Program-made: the position numbers and the translations under genes
The notes under the pieces: model-generated
Database searches by the model: none
The model's input: the letters and a program-made list of their open reading frames with translations, nothing else
Told to the model about the DNA's origin: nothing
Shown: in pieces, positions 1-12,194 of the stretch
Layout of the letters: each line of letters starts with the position of its first letter
Numbering within the stretch: position 1 is the first letter of the stretch
Origin: Pseudovirgaria hyperparasitica
Lineage: Eukaryota
Strand: one strand, 5' to 3'
Length of the DNA stretch: 64,000 bases
Assembly: GCA_010093815.1 (NCBI GenBank)
Contig: ML996574.1

Positions 1-128
1 AACATCCCAGGTGGTGGAGGTCGTATCAATGACTGAGGCGAAGGATGGGAAGTGTCTGTCGAAGAATCATGACTCGGAGTTGGACGATGGTGGGAGTTGC
101 GACCGAATGGATTTGCTGGTCCATCCAT
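1..128 (-). CDS. Possible 5' end of a gene running off the left edge (MDGPANPFGRNSHHRPTPSHDSSTDTSHPSPQSLIRPPPPGM...)
   Basis: ATG at 128 on the minus strand in a good context (TTCAACATGG), directly after an in-frame stop. The frame is open to the window edge and Ser/Pro/His-rich like a disordered N-terminus. No domain is visible. Confidence 0.35.
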   Translation of the reverse strand, partial: MDGPANPFGRNSHHRPTPSHDSSTDTSHPSPQSLIRPPPPGM

Positions 129-3100
129 GTTGAAGTTTCAGAGGAACGACAACAGAAGATATCGGCCGTCCAGGTATCATTCAAGGACGCTGTTCGGTAG
201 CAACCGAACGTGCAACCCTTTACCAGAGGTCTGGAGAGGCTCGGGAACGTTGAGGGGGCGAGGCCAATTAGAAGTAAGATCTTTTCAGAGCATGACTTGA
301 GGCCAGTGCGGTGGATTAGTGGAGCCAAACACGAGAGACCAGGGGATCTCAGACAGAACGGCGGGATCGCGGTTGGACTAAGATTAGTTGCAGGTACCGG
401 CGGCAGCGCGGAGACGACCAGATGGCTGGGATGTAGAAGACTAGAAGTCGGTGAGGCAAAGTGATTGAGGTGGAGTGCACAACAGTCCAAACTCCACCGA
501 CGCCCGGGCAGAATGACCTGTGAGTGGTGCAAGCTGATCAACACTATTGCGACCAGAACCGAATGATGCCGGATTTGACCGAATGGAGGACGGTCCGGAA
601 GGTAATGCAGGGAGAACAGGCAGGGTTCTTCTTTGGTCTGTTTAGACGGGCGTAGAACGGCAGATGTAGATGTCGTTTCATAGATCCAAGATCAAAAAGT
701 GCTGTCCAGAATACGGCGTGTTGGATAGATTATGGTATGGTCAATTGAATGGACATCAGCCTTTTTTAGCAGAGCCTTGATCGTACGGAAGCAAACAGTA
801 TGTATGTGAGAAGGACGAATGAAGTTGCACAAGCATACCACACCTGTCTCTAATCTAGTTACCTGCTGAGGAAGGTTCGACAAGGCTTAAGGGAGTAGAG
901 TGGGATAGTTGGGCTTGCAAAGTACGTAGAAGTGACGCAGACTGCGGCAGTGTAGTGTCAATTCATTGGCCCAGTAATAAAAAGCGTCACTGAGTATAAA
1001 GGAAATAATAACAAAAATAAGAGGTCAGCCAAGTAGCCCTCCCGTCAAGTATGGTTAAGCGAGGGTGACCAGCATGCAAAAAGTACGGAAACTACACAAG
1101 GGTGATCGTACATGTTTGTGGCGTCTCTGGATCTTTCACGCGCCACAACGTAGCAGGGACAGCAGGGGGGAGGGGGGAGGAAAAGGGATATCGGGATAGG
1201 GCTGTAAATAGATAACCCCACGACCGTGCTCTTTCTGTGACGGCCATGACAACATGATCAAGAAAGGCTTCACACATAGACGCCACATGAACTGGTACAC
1301 CTTCCAGCATTGCTGTTCTTGATACTGGGCTGCAAGACGTGTATCTTCGCCTGATGGACAGACCATCGAAGCTTCCGCGTTCTGAGACCTGTTTGTCTTG
1401 GCAGGAGTTGTATGCACGATTGGGGATTACTACCGGCGGAACATCCGAGTTCTGTGACATGTCGACCTAAGGCTCTACTTAGCATTTCCGCTGGTGGATC
1501 CCTTTTTTCGCACGGGGGAAGGGGGAGGGGGACGGCTGGATGTGCATAACGAAGGAATCGTTTCGTTTCAACCGATCCGGCAGCGCGTCGCCCGAGCGGG
1601 ACTTGCCTGTCGATCTTACTACCGAACACCTATTATATAGAAATATAGATATCGTACAGAGAAAACATACAAGAAACAGCACTTGCACCGATATCAGGCA
1701 TTTCATTGCTGACGTACAGAGGAAGTAGATAGGCTTGAAAGGGACTTGGATCATGGATTGACTAGCACACCAAGTATCTGCGCGAATGCGTGTTCTTCGC
1801 TCAAATCGTACCAAAGCCAAGAACAATCTCATGCTTATGCATCGTTCGAGTTCTGTGAGTGCATGTGGCGTGGATGCAGGTCAGTTGCAGCCTAAGGACG
1901 GCCGCCATTACTCCGGGCTAAGGCACACGCTGTAGGTTTTACCATTCATACTTTCAGGCATCAACAGCGCTTTCCCAATCCTTCATTTCCCTAATTATTA
2001 CCACTAAGCGTATTTCTGTGTGACGAATCTTTTCCACCCCAGCATCGTCTGAATGCACAACACACGATTCACGATCCACTATTCATTACTGCCACACGTT
2101 TCACCATCTCCAACGACTTCTCATGCGAAGTAGTCGGGTTCGCGATGTAGGCCTCGGTACGGCTCCGAGCCATGCGTTGCCCCAAGGAGGCAAAGCTAGA
2201 GTCTGGAGAGCCGACGGGCATCATTACTAATAATAATAATACCAGTGAAGATGCCTCCACTCCGCATTGGCGGAATGCACGTACGATCACATCGCATGTG
2301 CCTGCTTCCTTGCCCACTGCGGCAGCACGCTGGATTCGGCGACCAACGACAGACTGCGACTGATGTCGACAGCCGGCACAGGGGCAGAAAGCGAGCTCTG
2401 CACTCATCGAGAGCGCATTAGCAGTCGTAGAGCGGGCAAGGGTATGGGCGAGAGTTGCAGGGAACGCTGTAAAGGGAAACTGGAATCCACTCTGCTCGGC
2501 CGTCATCCCACCATCTCCACCAGATACGCTTGAGGCGGTTATAAGTTATAACAGGACCATCTTCGGTAATTCCCATGGATCAGCGGTTGGCCATGTCTAT
2601 CAGTGGATACTCTTGCTAAGATTGAAGGGGAACTACAAGGCACAGACAATTGAGAAAGAGCATTCCAATTTTTCGATGCGTGAGCGTGGATTTTTATACG
2701 AAAGGCCGGCTGCGATGCAGGCCCTCTTGGATGAGCTTAGAGACACGCAGCATCAAGACAGGATAAAAAGTTGTTGAGTAGGCGAAATAGGGCTGCCGGC
2801 AGTAATATGACCCAGGGCAATCTCCGCTATTCGCCGCAGCCAGGCCACGTTATTCGGCCCTGAGGAGCAGCGACTTATGAGGGCCCAATCCCCATCCACA
2901 ACCCACCCCAATCCCCCCCCCCCTTTCCCTCTCTCCGACCCGCGCCCCCCCGGAGCAGAGCACGAGGACACGAGGAGTCTCGCATTTAACCGCCGCCGCC
3001 GGTCACGCCAGTCATCGCCAGGGACCAGAAGCCAAGTCCAACTGTCTCCCAGCCCTAGTGCGCCTGTTGATCCGCCTCTTTAAGCGAAATGTCCTCAGCG

Positions 3101-6100
3101 CCATCTTCTGCACACTAAGTAAGATACAAGCTGGAGTTTGCATCCTCACGCAACCTCTCCACGTCAACAGCACCATAGTCATATAGCTTGGCAGGCTCCA
3201 GTTTTCCAGTGTCTGCTAGCACTTAGAGCAGAGGCTTGAGCGCTATGAACCACAAGCCATGACTTTGCTCCATAATTACAGTCTCCATACACATTCATGT
3301 GTTTGAGTTACGGCGAGCAATCATTCCACTCGTACGAGATGACGCTTCAATACTTGAGATCTTGTCATAGCCAGGAAATGCGTGCAGCGAAGAAGCACAG
3401 TTCCTAAAGCGGTTTCTACGTTTGACATTCCTCGCTTTTCAGACTTCGGCAGATGCAGGCTACCTGGCCTGACTGGACTGACGTGCGAATGTCTATGTGG
3501 TCATGAAGCATCGACTTGCCTATTGTAGGCATCAAGCAGCAGGATGATGGTATTCCGAGATATCGACGCGTCAGATGCACAGATCGTCGAAGGGGTGTGT
3601 TGTCCTTCTAGCGTTTATATGAGAGACCAGGACAGACGTCCAGTATCATGACTAGACAACAGTCGCACACTGTATGCTGCACGGGCTAGACCCCTCTCCA
3701 CGTACCCGTACCAGACAGCACGGATCTAAGGGTGATCCGCTTGCCGCGACGGCATCGGATGGCTACCGAAATACTTTGAGCCGGTTCCTTGTTGTTGCCT
3801 TCCATCCACGTTACCCTTGTTAGACGCTCCCGAATCAGGGTGATTTGATGTCTTCCAGAATCCTCCCGCGGCACAGTGACAGTTGAAGGTCAATTTGGAT
3901 CCTGGATCGTCTCTCCTATATTCTGGCGCTCATAAGAAGGCTTGCTTTTGCTTCACACACTAGACGCTTGCACAATCTCGTCTGGCAAGTTCCGTCTATT
4001 GATAGGTCTTGCTTCGGCCGAGCGCCGATCTGCCAGGATGAAAGATACATCATCGATGCTTGCCCAGTGATCTACAGAACGACCTCCGGACACAGGCCTT
4101 TCATGTATGTTTTCCAGATATGTTTGTTGTGGCGTGACCCTTCGTCTGACTAGGATAGTCTCAAAATGCAATGGAATGGGGATTTGCAAGTGCACAACAC
4201 TTCGACCTTCCCGTCGCCATGTGCTTGCCTATACACGTTGTCTAGTCTTGAAAATGGCCCGGAATTGGCTGGGCCCTCAGCCCTCGGACACTTACGTGCG
4301 ACCGGCGAGTCTGATGCTTGAAGCCGCGGGCCGCATGGCACTACAATCCCCCATCTATTGCGTGTCGACGAGCCACGACATGTGACGGACAATAACAGTG
4401 TGAATAAGGCATCCTGCAAACATGCTGAAACGCGTGAGAATTCATGGTTCCTCCGAGGCATGAAGACCGTCGTCCAGGCATCGGGACGCAGAGCCCATCA
4501 CGTAGCGACAGGTGGACGTACTGCATTGTACGCCATACTCGTGTCCTGGGCTGAACGACTGGTTAGCTGTGAAAAGCAGTCATGGTGGCTCCACCACGGA
4601 GTTGATACCTGATTCCGCTAGAGTCATAAGGGCTCGAGTCAGTGTAGTATGTGGGGACCACGGATGTCTTATCGTGTGTCATGTTGTCCCGGAATGCTTG
4701 TTCGTGCAGGCTCCACGGGCAACGGGCGTGAACGGCCGGCAGCCGTGTGAAGGGCCGAAAGGTCTGACAGGGCGGCCAGGGCTCAGGGCCTCCAGGTGTA
4801 TAGTGTAGATTGCAGAGTGAATAGTACAGTGCAGGCGCCGTACGGTGTGGTGTGCCTGTTGCCGCATCCCGATTCCCCTTGGAGCCCCACGAGTCGAAAG
4901 CGGCCTCATGTCCGCCGGTCACAGTTGTGCACACACTTTGCGTGCTGCTGGCATGCTGATACTGCATCTATGAATCATCCACGGAACATACTGCAGTGTG
5001 GTCCTGTTGCTTCTTGCTTCACACTTCTCTGTACTTTCGGCTTGGGCGGCAGCGCGCGGCAGGCGGCCGACAGTGGACACCATCACCACCACCGGCGTCA
5101 ACGCCAACGCAGCCACATCTCCAAACGTGTCTGACAACTGCCGTCCCGAGGCATCAACAACTGTCAATCGCATCCAATCTTGGACCTGTTCCCCAATATG
5201 GCGAGTATGGGAATCATCACTATTGCAACGGCAAATTCCATCTTTGCCGCCGTATCTGCCACCTCCATCGCCTATATGCCGCCACCACTGCCACCTCTCT
5301 GCCGCTGCCACTGTCCTACTTCCTTTAGTGTCGCCCCTCAGGATTCTGGCCTGCCTCCTGGCCTGTCATCGTCTTCTCAGTTGCAGCCCCAGCTCCAGCT
5401 TTCATCTGGCTGGCTGCAGGACAGGTTTCAATTTGCACGACTTTCGATCGCCGACCTCAGAGGACAGGCACCACAATCCTCTGCGTCTTCATGCAGGATG
5501 CGTCTAGCTGGAAGTGGAATGTGCTGGTCAGGGGTCCCCAAGGACATGGCGTCTTGGTGTGCAGACGAGGCAGACGCAGTAGTAGCGACAGAGACAGACA
5601 GGGAACACGACAACATGACGAGACACAATAATAGGCACGAGGACCATCGTGACCACGCAGCGCAGCGTGGAGAGGTGTGCGGTGTGCAGTGTGGAGTGTG
5701 CTGACTGGGACAAGCAATTGCCTGAGAGCCTTCCATGATGAATCCATGCCATGTGCGACCCCGTCACGAACACGACCTCAACACCCCCCGGGGGTAGCAA
5801 GCAGCTCTCGACCCACGTCTGCAAAAAAATTTAATCTATTGTCGGTCCGATAGAGTTGTTCCAGAAGTCTTCCTTTCCTCGGTCGCTGCGTTGATATGCT
5901 TACATGTCGACTGTACGTCGCCAGTACAAAAAGTCTGGCCGCATAGATGTTTACATGCTGGTCAAGTACGACCTGTTGCTCCTGCTGCTGTATCAATATC
6001 TTCTTTACAGCTGGGAGTCACGCATATGATTGAAGCCCTCTGCCTTTGAAGATTATAAATCTTCCTTGCGCCTGAGAATGACGTCATCCGGGCGGCTCCG

Positions 6101-6394
6101 AGTAAGCATATTTGGACCTTCACCCGACTCGTACCCTGAATTTGGAACCCGAATATTAGACGTGTATCGTGAAAATTTGCAATGGGACGCCGAAGACTTG
6201 CGCGGACACTTATCATGTCCAGTAGGGCCTTCGAGTCTGCAGGTGCCTCAAAAAGACATCAATTGTCGCCTACAATATGCCGTGTAGGCTAACGTTAGTT
6301 TTCAGTCATTCAGCATCACAGATCTACAACACGGCTCAAGTGAACACCAAGTCGACAGATTCCGAACATAGCACACATCGTGCCATATATCACT

Positions 6395-7548
6395 ATGTCT
6401 CAGGTATCTGACAACATAGAGTTCCTCAAAGCACTCCCGAAATGCGAGCACCATATCCACATCGAAGGCTCCCTGTCCCCTGAACTCCTCTTCCAGCTCT
6501 CCGCGAAAAACAACATCCCACTCCCTGAATCCGATGCCGCATACTCATCAATCCCAGCTCTCCATCAGCGATACGCAGAGTAAGTCCATTCTATAAACCA
6601 ATAAATGAATAATCATTCTTCTTCTCCATCTATCACCAAATACTTACACACATCCTCCTCCTACACAGTTTCCAATCCCTCGACGACTTCCTCGGCTATT
6701 ATTATACCGCCATGTCAACACTCATCCACGCCTCCGACTTTGAAGCCCTAGCCATGGCCTACTTCACCCGCGCTGCTGCCGACGGCGTCCTGCACACCGA
6801 GCTCTCCTTTGACCCGCAGGCTCACACCTCGCGCGGCATCGCCCTGACCACGGTACTCACTGGCCTTAGCGCCGCACGCGCTCGCGCAGCATCTGAACTG
6901 GGCGTCTCGTCGGTGCTGATCTGCTGCTTCCTGCGCCATCTACCGGTGCACGAGAGCCTGGTGTTTTTCGAGTCCGAGGCCCTGCAGCAGGCGTTTGCCA
7001 GTGGCGAGGTGGTGGGTATTGGGCTTGATAGCAGTGAGGCTGGATTTCCGGCGCGGGGATTCGAGGACTTGTATACGCGGGCAAGGGCGCTCGGGCTGCG
7101 CGTGACAGCGCATGCGGGCGAGGAAGTGGGCCCGGAGAGTGTGCGCGAGGCACTGGATGTGTTACGGGTGGAGAGGGTGGACCACGGGATCAGTCTTGTG
7201 CAAGACGAGGCGTTGATGCGGAGGGTGGCTGAGGAGGGCGTCATGCTGTCTTGCTGTCCGCTGTCGAATGTGGTGTTGCGGAATGTGAAGAGTGTGGCGG
7301 ACGTGCCGCTGAGGGTGTTTCTGGAGAAAGGGGTGAGGTTCAGTGTGAATAGCGATGATCCGGCGTATTTTGGGGGCTATATTCTGGATAACTTTGTTGC
7401 GGTGCAAAAGGCGTTTGGGTTGAGTGTGGAGGAGTGGAGGACGGTGGTGACGAATTCGGTCGAGGGGAGCTGGTGTGATCAGGCGAGGAAGAGCAAGATT
7501 CTGGAGAGGCTTGAGATGGTTGTTGAGCAATACACGCTGAAAGCTTGA
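6395..7548 (+). CDS. AAH1: Adenine deaminase (adenosine/AMP deaminase family), ~354 aa, 2 exons
   Basis: Exons 6395-6579 and 6669-7548 (intron GTAAGT...CAG) give LPKCEHHIHIEGSL...FQSLDDFLGYYY...FDPQAHTSRG...TAHAGEE...ERVDHG...CPLSN...NSDDPAYFGGY, all hallmark motifs of Aah1-type deaminases. Confidence 0.93.
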
Positions 7549-7748
7549 TGTGAGGTGAGCTAATTTCCCTTGCTTCAATCGCTTGTACAGCAGCCTTCGA
7601 AGCAATAGAATACTTCACCTCTTGTCTCTACTTGTTCTCAGATAATTCAATACTTTTTCTGTTGTTTTTCTTAACTCTACTATTCGCACTTGTTAAATCT
7701 CACCGGCTCGTCTTTTACCGTTGTTTTACGTTCCTAAAGGCTCAGGCT

Positions 7749-9293
7749 ATGGAGCCACTTCAGCTCACCTCAGCCGATGGCACGACGAAAGACCCAACAT
7801 CTGCCCCAGAAATTGATGATCCAAAAGTCAAAGCGACTAAAAGCGAGAAGTTGAAGCCTGCGTCCAAACTGCCTCAATCGTCGCTGGAGAAGCCACTTGA
7901 ACAGCGCTACTACTATGGACATCTCAAAGATCTGGCAGTGACACTCAAGGGCGATATTGACGAAGTGGAAAAGTGGGTTACTTCGGATGTTACCATGGCA
8001 ATCGTCAGGCAATGGAAGCTCGATGCGTTCGACGTAGCCCCTGCGGCAGCATATCAGTTGAAAGAATCTCAGTACTGTTTCATCGAATTCCTTTCGTCAT
8101 TATGGGAGACTCGGTTCGTGTACAGGACGTCTAACAAGCCCTCCTCGCCGGAATCTGATGCTGGAAAGTTATTGGTCATGACAGCCTTGGCTTGTCATCG
8201 CTTGCATCGCAAGTATCCCCGAAAGCTTCTCTGTGAGTCCAGCATCCCGCGGACGTATGGTCCCGTCTTCTTCATTGCGCTCAAAGAGTTCATCGGATCC
8301 AAGAATCGACGGTGGATACGAAATATGATCAATGCAGTGGAGAAGAAACACAAGAAAAGGACTTTGGCGTCGGAGATCTCAGAGTGCTGTGATCCACTCG
8401 AGTATGAGATTGCTCATATACATGCTTCTCCGATGGTCAGCATTGCAGACAAGCAGTCACAGACACACGATACTCCTCAATCGGTGCTATCTGCACCTTC
8501 AACAGTTCTGATGGCCAAGACAGACCCCAATCCACCCGTTGACAACATGAATGACGAAATGCAGCGGCCAAGCAAGCGCCAAAAGCTGTCCACCACATCT
8601 GCCTCACTTGTGGAGACGTCGAATGGCAATCATGAACCAGACGAAGACTGGAGCGCAAACGCCTGGACCGAGATGTACATGTCGATCGAAAGTCTGATAA
8701 GCGACCAAGCCCACGCGCGAGCGAAAGAGCGATTTCGAAATTCACAGCTCACGATGCCAGCAGGTCCAGCAGCGTTTGTAAGAAGGGATAGTGCCTGTGC
8801 TGTCACGGTGATGAGACGGAGCGTCAAAGCAGGGGACTCCCGGAAGTCCAAGTCGGAGCTCATGCGAGAGCTGACCGAATCGATCATCGAGAATGAGCAG
8901 ATGGAGGCGGAGAGGCGGGATGCTAGGGCGGAGCTGGAGAATGTGAAGGCGGCATGGAGTTGCGCAGAGGTGATGCTGAGTGCGGCGGAGGCTCAGAAGG
9001 TGAAGAGGGATCTGGACTTGGGCTATTTGGAGGAGAAGGTGGATGTCTTGGGCATCTTGAATAATACTCTCAGGGAGAATTTGAGTGTCAAGGAAGAGGC
9101 TTGGAAGGGTGCTGAGGAGAGGGTGAAGGTTGAGAGGGCTGGGAGAAAGAGTGCTGAGGATGCGTTGAGAGGTCTGCGTGAAGTAGTGTTTGCTATGGGT
9201 GGAGAGTTGCAAATGCTTGTGAAGCCAGGTATCGCCGTGGAAGTGACCTCAGGAGAACGAGACTTAGGAGTAATAAGCCCGCCAGTCACATGA
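7749..9293 (+). CDS. Hypothetical protein, ~514 aa, with a C-terminal coiled-coil-like region
   Basis: Long intronless ORF. The first ATG is at 7749 (the ORF track starts at an upstream TTG). Glu/Lys/Leu heptad-like C-terminus and a possible NLS (RPSKRQK). No family recognised. Confidence 0.7.
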   Translation: MEPLQLTSADGTTKDPTSAPEIDDPKVKATKSEKLKPASKLPQSSLEKPLEQRYYYGHLKDLAVTLKGDIDEVEKWVTSDVTMAIVRQWKLDAFDVAPAAAYQLKESQYCFIEFLSSLWETRFVYRTSNKPSSPESDAGKLLVMTALACHRLHRKYPRKLLCESSIPRTYGPVFFIALKEFIGSKNRRWIRNMINAVEKKHKKRTLASEISECCDPLEYEIAHIHASPMVSIADKQSQTHDTPQSVLSAPSTVLMAKTDPNPPVDNMNDEMQRPSKRQKLSTTSASLVETSNGNHEPDEDWSANAWTEMYMSIESLISDQAHARAKERFRNSQLTMPAGPAAFVRRDSACAVTVMRRSVKAGDSRKSKSELMRELTESIIENEQMEAERRDARAELENVKAAWSCAEVMLSAAEAQKVKRDLDLGYLEEKVDVLGILNNTLRENLSVKEEAWKGAEERVKVERAGRKSAEDALRGLREVVFAMGGELQMLVKPGIAVEVTSGERDLGVISPPVT

Positions 9294-10376
9294 TGGAGAT
9301 TTCCATAGAGTTTCTCGCGATGAGGGCTGGATGTTAGGTATAACGGGATGCTTGGTACTGGCCTATGTCAGATATGAGTGACGGGGAAAGGAGGAAGGGG
9401 GGTTGGTCATGTCGATTTTTTCCAGTCATCTCAATCTCTCCCATTTACCTGTTCTTCCCACACACTGACCTCTTTATAACTGTTTTGATGTGCAATCTCA
9501 CTTCTAACATCATGGTTCATGAGCAGCCTTCCGATCCTTTCAGCTTGACAGCTTAGCGCGCGGTTTGACATTGCCAATTGAAACCCTTTCTTGCCACTTC
9601 TTGTCGAACCCACTCACTTCACCAGAGTCATAACAAATTCGTCAGCTTCTTCTTTCCAGTCAACTCTTTACCTCCTCCCATGACCTTTTTTAGCTGATTG
9701 CTCTGTATCTTCCATACGTTGCCTCGCCCAAATGGCTAGTCCATCACTGCCATGGACGACACTTCTTCTATCAACAACAATAACAACCAACAAGCAGTAT
9801 GAGTAACGCAGACTCTCGTACACTATGATAAAGCTTAAACTTCAATTCGGCGGTAGGCTGTCACCCCTGCTCAAAGATGCATATTCCAACCTACAACCGG
9901 ACGGATGCTTCCTACGAGCATTTGACAGGATCACTTGCTATTCCAAGCGGAGCCAAAGGTGTGCGCACTTCTGGCATAATTCGGATACGGGCATGCCAGT
10001 GCTAATCGCCTGGTATGAGCGGGCTTATCGGCCGCGTTAGTAACACGTCAACCGCGGAAATTGGGGCACAGTTCATGAGAGAATTGGCTGTGCTGTGGTC
10101 AATAGTTGGGAATTTGGAGTGGCTCGTCGCACCTCAGGGAATATCCTCCGAATGGTATGCAATAACTACGACACGACACGTTCACACCGCTCCGTTCATA
10201 ATGCGAGCACTCGCTGGAAGCGATACAACTAAACGGACAAAGATATGTCAAAATCCACAACAGCGCTATTCGCTCCCGTAGAACAAGCAGCTACGCGATC
10301 AAAGCTAGAAGCTAGGAAGAGCCACTATAACGATCAACCATAAATGAACATCTAAAGTCAGAGACACAAGTTCAAC

Positions 10377-10800
10377 ATGTCCGACTGACTCAGACTCTAA
10401 CGACTATGAACCACCCAGCTCAGGACCCGACGATGCTGATTACGCCCAGCTCAGATTCCGAAGAGGAAGAAGATACCCAGACCTACGATGAGCCAGATTC
10501 TACAGTCGACCCAGCTTACCACCCAAGAAACACCTTGAGGGTAAGTCAAGACCATCAACACCAATGCCTCCGCCAGCACTACTGCCACACGGCAATCAGA
10601 TTGCCAGCAACCCTCGCATAGTCCCGCGAGCATCGCATACTCTGAAACCCTCCCGGCCGGATGATCACCCCGGTGACTGTTCAGGCGCTGCAATGAGAAC
10701 TGGGTGTGCTGCGCGACGATGACCGATGGACCGAGGACTCGGATCGTACATGCCAGGATGCAAAGAGCGCGTCGTACAGGCGCGCAGGTGCGGGACCTAG
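10377..10800 (+). pseudogene. Possible frameshifted gene relic (acidic N-terminus plus a degenerate Cys-cluster-like segment)
   Basis: CAACATG start, then acidic peptide fragments in shifting frames (TDSDSNDYEPPSSGPDDADY / PSSDSEEEEDTQTYDEPDS), a GTAAGT donor at 10541, and Cys-pattern fragments at 10680-10799. Confidence 0.3.
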
Positions 10801-11088
10801 ACGGGGTTGGAGAGGAAGGGGGCCGTGATGCCTTGGACATGGGGATAGCAAGCCCCAGGAGTGATGCAGCAGGGATAAAACTGTTTCGGACAGGAAAAGA
10901 AGGGGTGTTTGTATGTATGTATATCTTGACTTTGCCTTAGGGGATTTTTCGAGGGGGCGTTGGTGTTGATATACTAATTAAGCGCCGCGTTTGCGCGTTG
11001 TATATCAGATGATGGCATGCATGCCTCTTTTTGCGTTCTACGTTGGGGGTACCCTTGTCTTCTTGTGCTCTTTATATAGCGAGTAGAG

Positions 11089-11160
11089 GATAGAGGATAG
11101 AGGATAGAGGATAGATGGACTGGGTTATATGACTATGATTATGATTATGATTATGATTAT
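11089..11160. repeat. Simple repeats (GATAGAG)n and (ATGATT)n
   Basis: Directly visible tandem arrays. Confidence 0.85.
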
Positions 11161-11216
11161 GGTATGTATTATCCTGTAAAGATGTCTAGCGCGAGGTCTT
11201 TAAGGGCGGGTTAGAG

Positions 11217-11844
11217 CAGACTTCCTATCAAACAATCAGTTCAATTCTGTGCCTATATTTGAAGTTGAACTGAAGTACTTCAGTTTACCCTACTATATAT
11301 TTGAACTGGACTGTCAGTTCTAGTAGTAGAATTGAAGTTGACTGAGTTGAACTGAAGTTTAGTAGGTAATTACTAATTAGTCGAAGAAAATCGTGAATAT
11401 AGTTAAAATATAGTATATTTAAGGCTATATAGATCATTTTTATATACCTTTTCGTATACCTAGACGTATACTTAGGTATATTTAAGTGCTAAGTCGTCTA
11501 AACCGTCTATATACGTTAAGTAACTAATTAATACTTAGCGGAAGTTTCAAGTATAAGCTCGGCGGTATAAGCTCGGCGGTATAAGCTCGGCTCGGAATGG
11601 AATATCATTTTTCCGGTATGCCTTAATGCCTAACACCCTAGGCCACCTATAGTCTACCCATATATATATACGAATATACTAAGTATATATATACTTCAGT
11701 TCAGTTCAATTATTTACAGTTCAATACTATCTTAAATTGAAGTTGAACTGAAGCGTCAGTTCTTGGCAAGAGGCTTCAACTGAACTGGACTGACCAGTTC
11801 TTGAGGCGGTCGAATTGAAGTTGAACTGATTGATAGGAAGTCTG
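11217..11844. mobile_element. Non-autonomous hAT-superfamily DNA transposon (MITE-like), 628 bp
   Basis: Perfect 15-bp TIRs CAGACTTCCTATCAA (11217-11231) and TTGATAGGAAGTCTG (11830-11844). 8-bp target-site duplication GGTTAGAG at 11209-11216 and 11845-11852. About a dozen subterminal GAACTG/CAGTTC motifs at both ends. No transposase ORF. Confidence 0.9.
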
Positions 11845-12194
11845 GGTTAGAGTATATATATATATTATATAACTGAAAATCCATAAGAACGCGACAAGTG
11901 TATTAAGAAGGTTATAATAGTAATCGGGAGAGAAGAGGTAATAAGACTACTAAAGATAGCTACGTAGTACAAAGATAAGAGGAAAGAAAGAAAGATAGAA
12001 AAGTATATCAAGGGGGAATAAACGAATGAATGAATGAACGAATAAATGAATAACATGGTATGAAAAAAGATAATAATACAGGAGATATTTTATATATAGT
12101 AGTACGGCTAGTAGTAGTTTACTTATCATATCCCTTTACTTATTCGTTCGCCCTCTTCGATAGATATTAATAGTACTTTTTTTTAAATCTTATA

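Noticed and set aside
4919..5824. Cluster of 95-174 aa overlapping ORFs, one with a hydrophobic start
   Set aside because: Mostly non-ATG starts, ORFs on both strands, no motifs or splice logic; consistent with GC-rich non-coding DNA.
6748..7618. Long antisense ORFs over the adenine deaminase (and similar ones over the APH, permease and LHS1 genes)
   Set aside because: Shadows of GC-biased codon usage on the coding strand.
11551..11592. Tandem 14-bp repeats as a CRISPR-like array
   Set aside because: No spacers, eukaryotic context, and located inside a DNA transposon.
11865..12056. Hydrophobic 63-aa ORF in AT-rich DNA
   Set aside because: Product of GAAT/GAAA low-complexity, TA-rich sequence.
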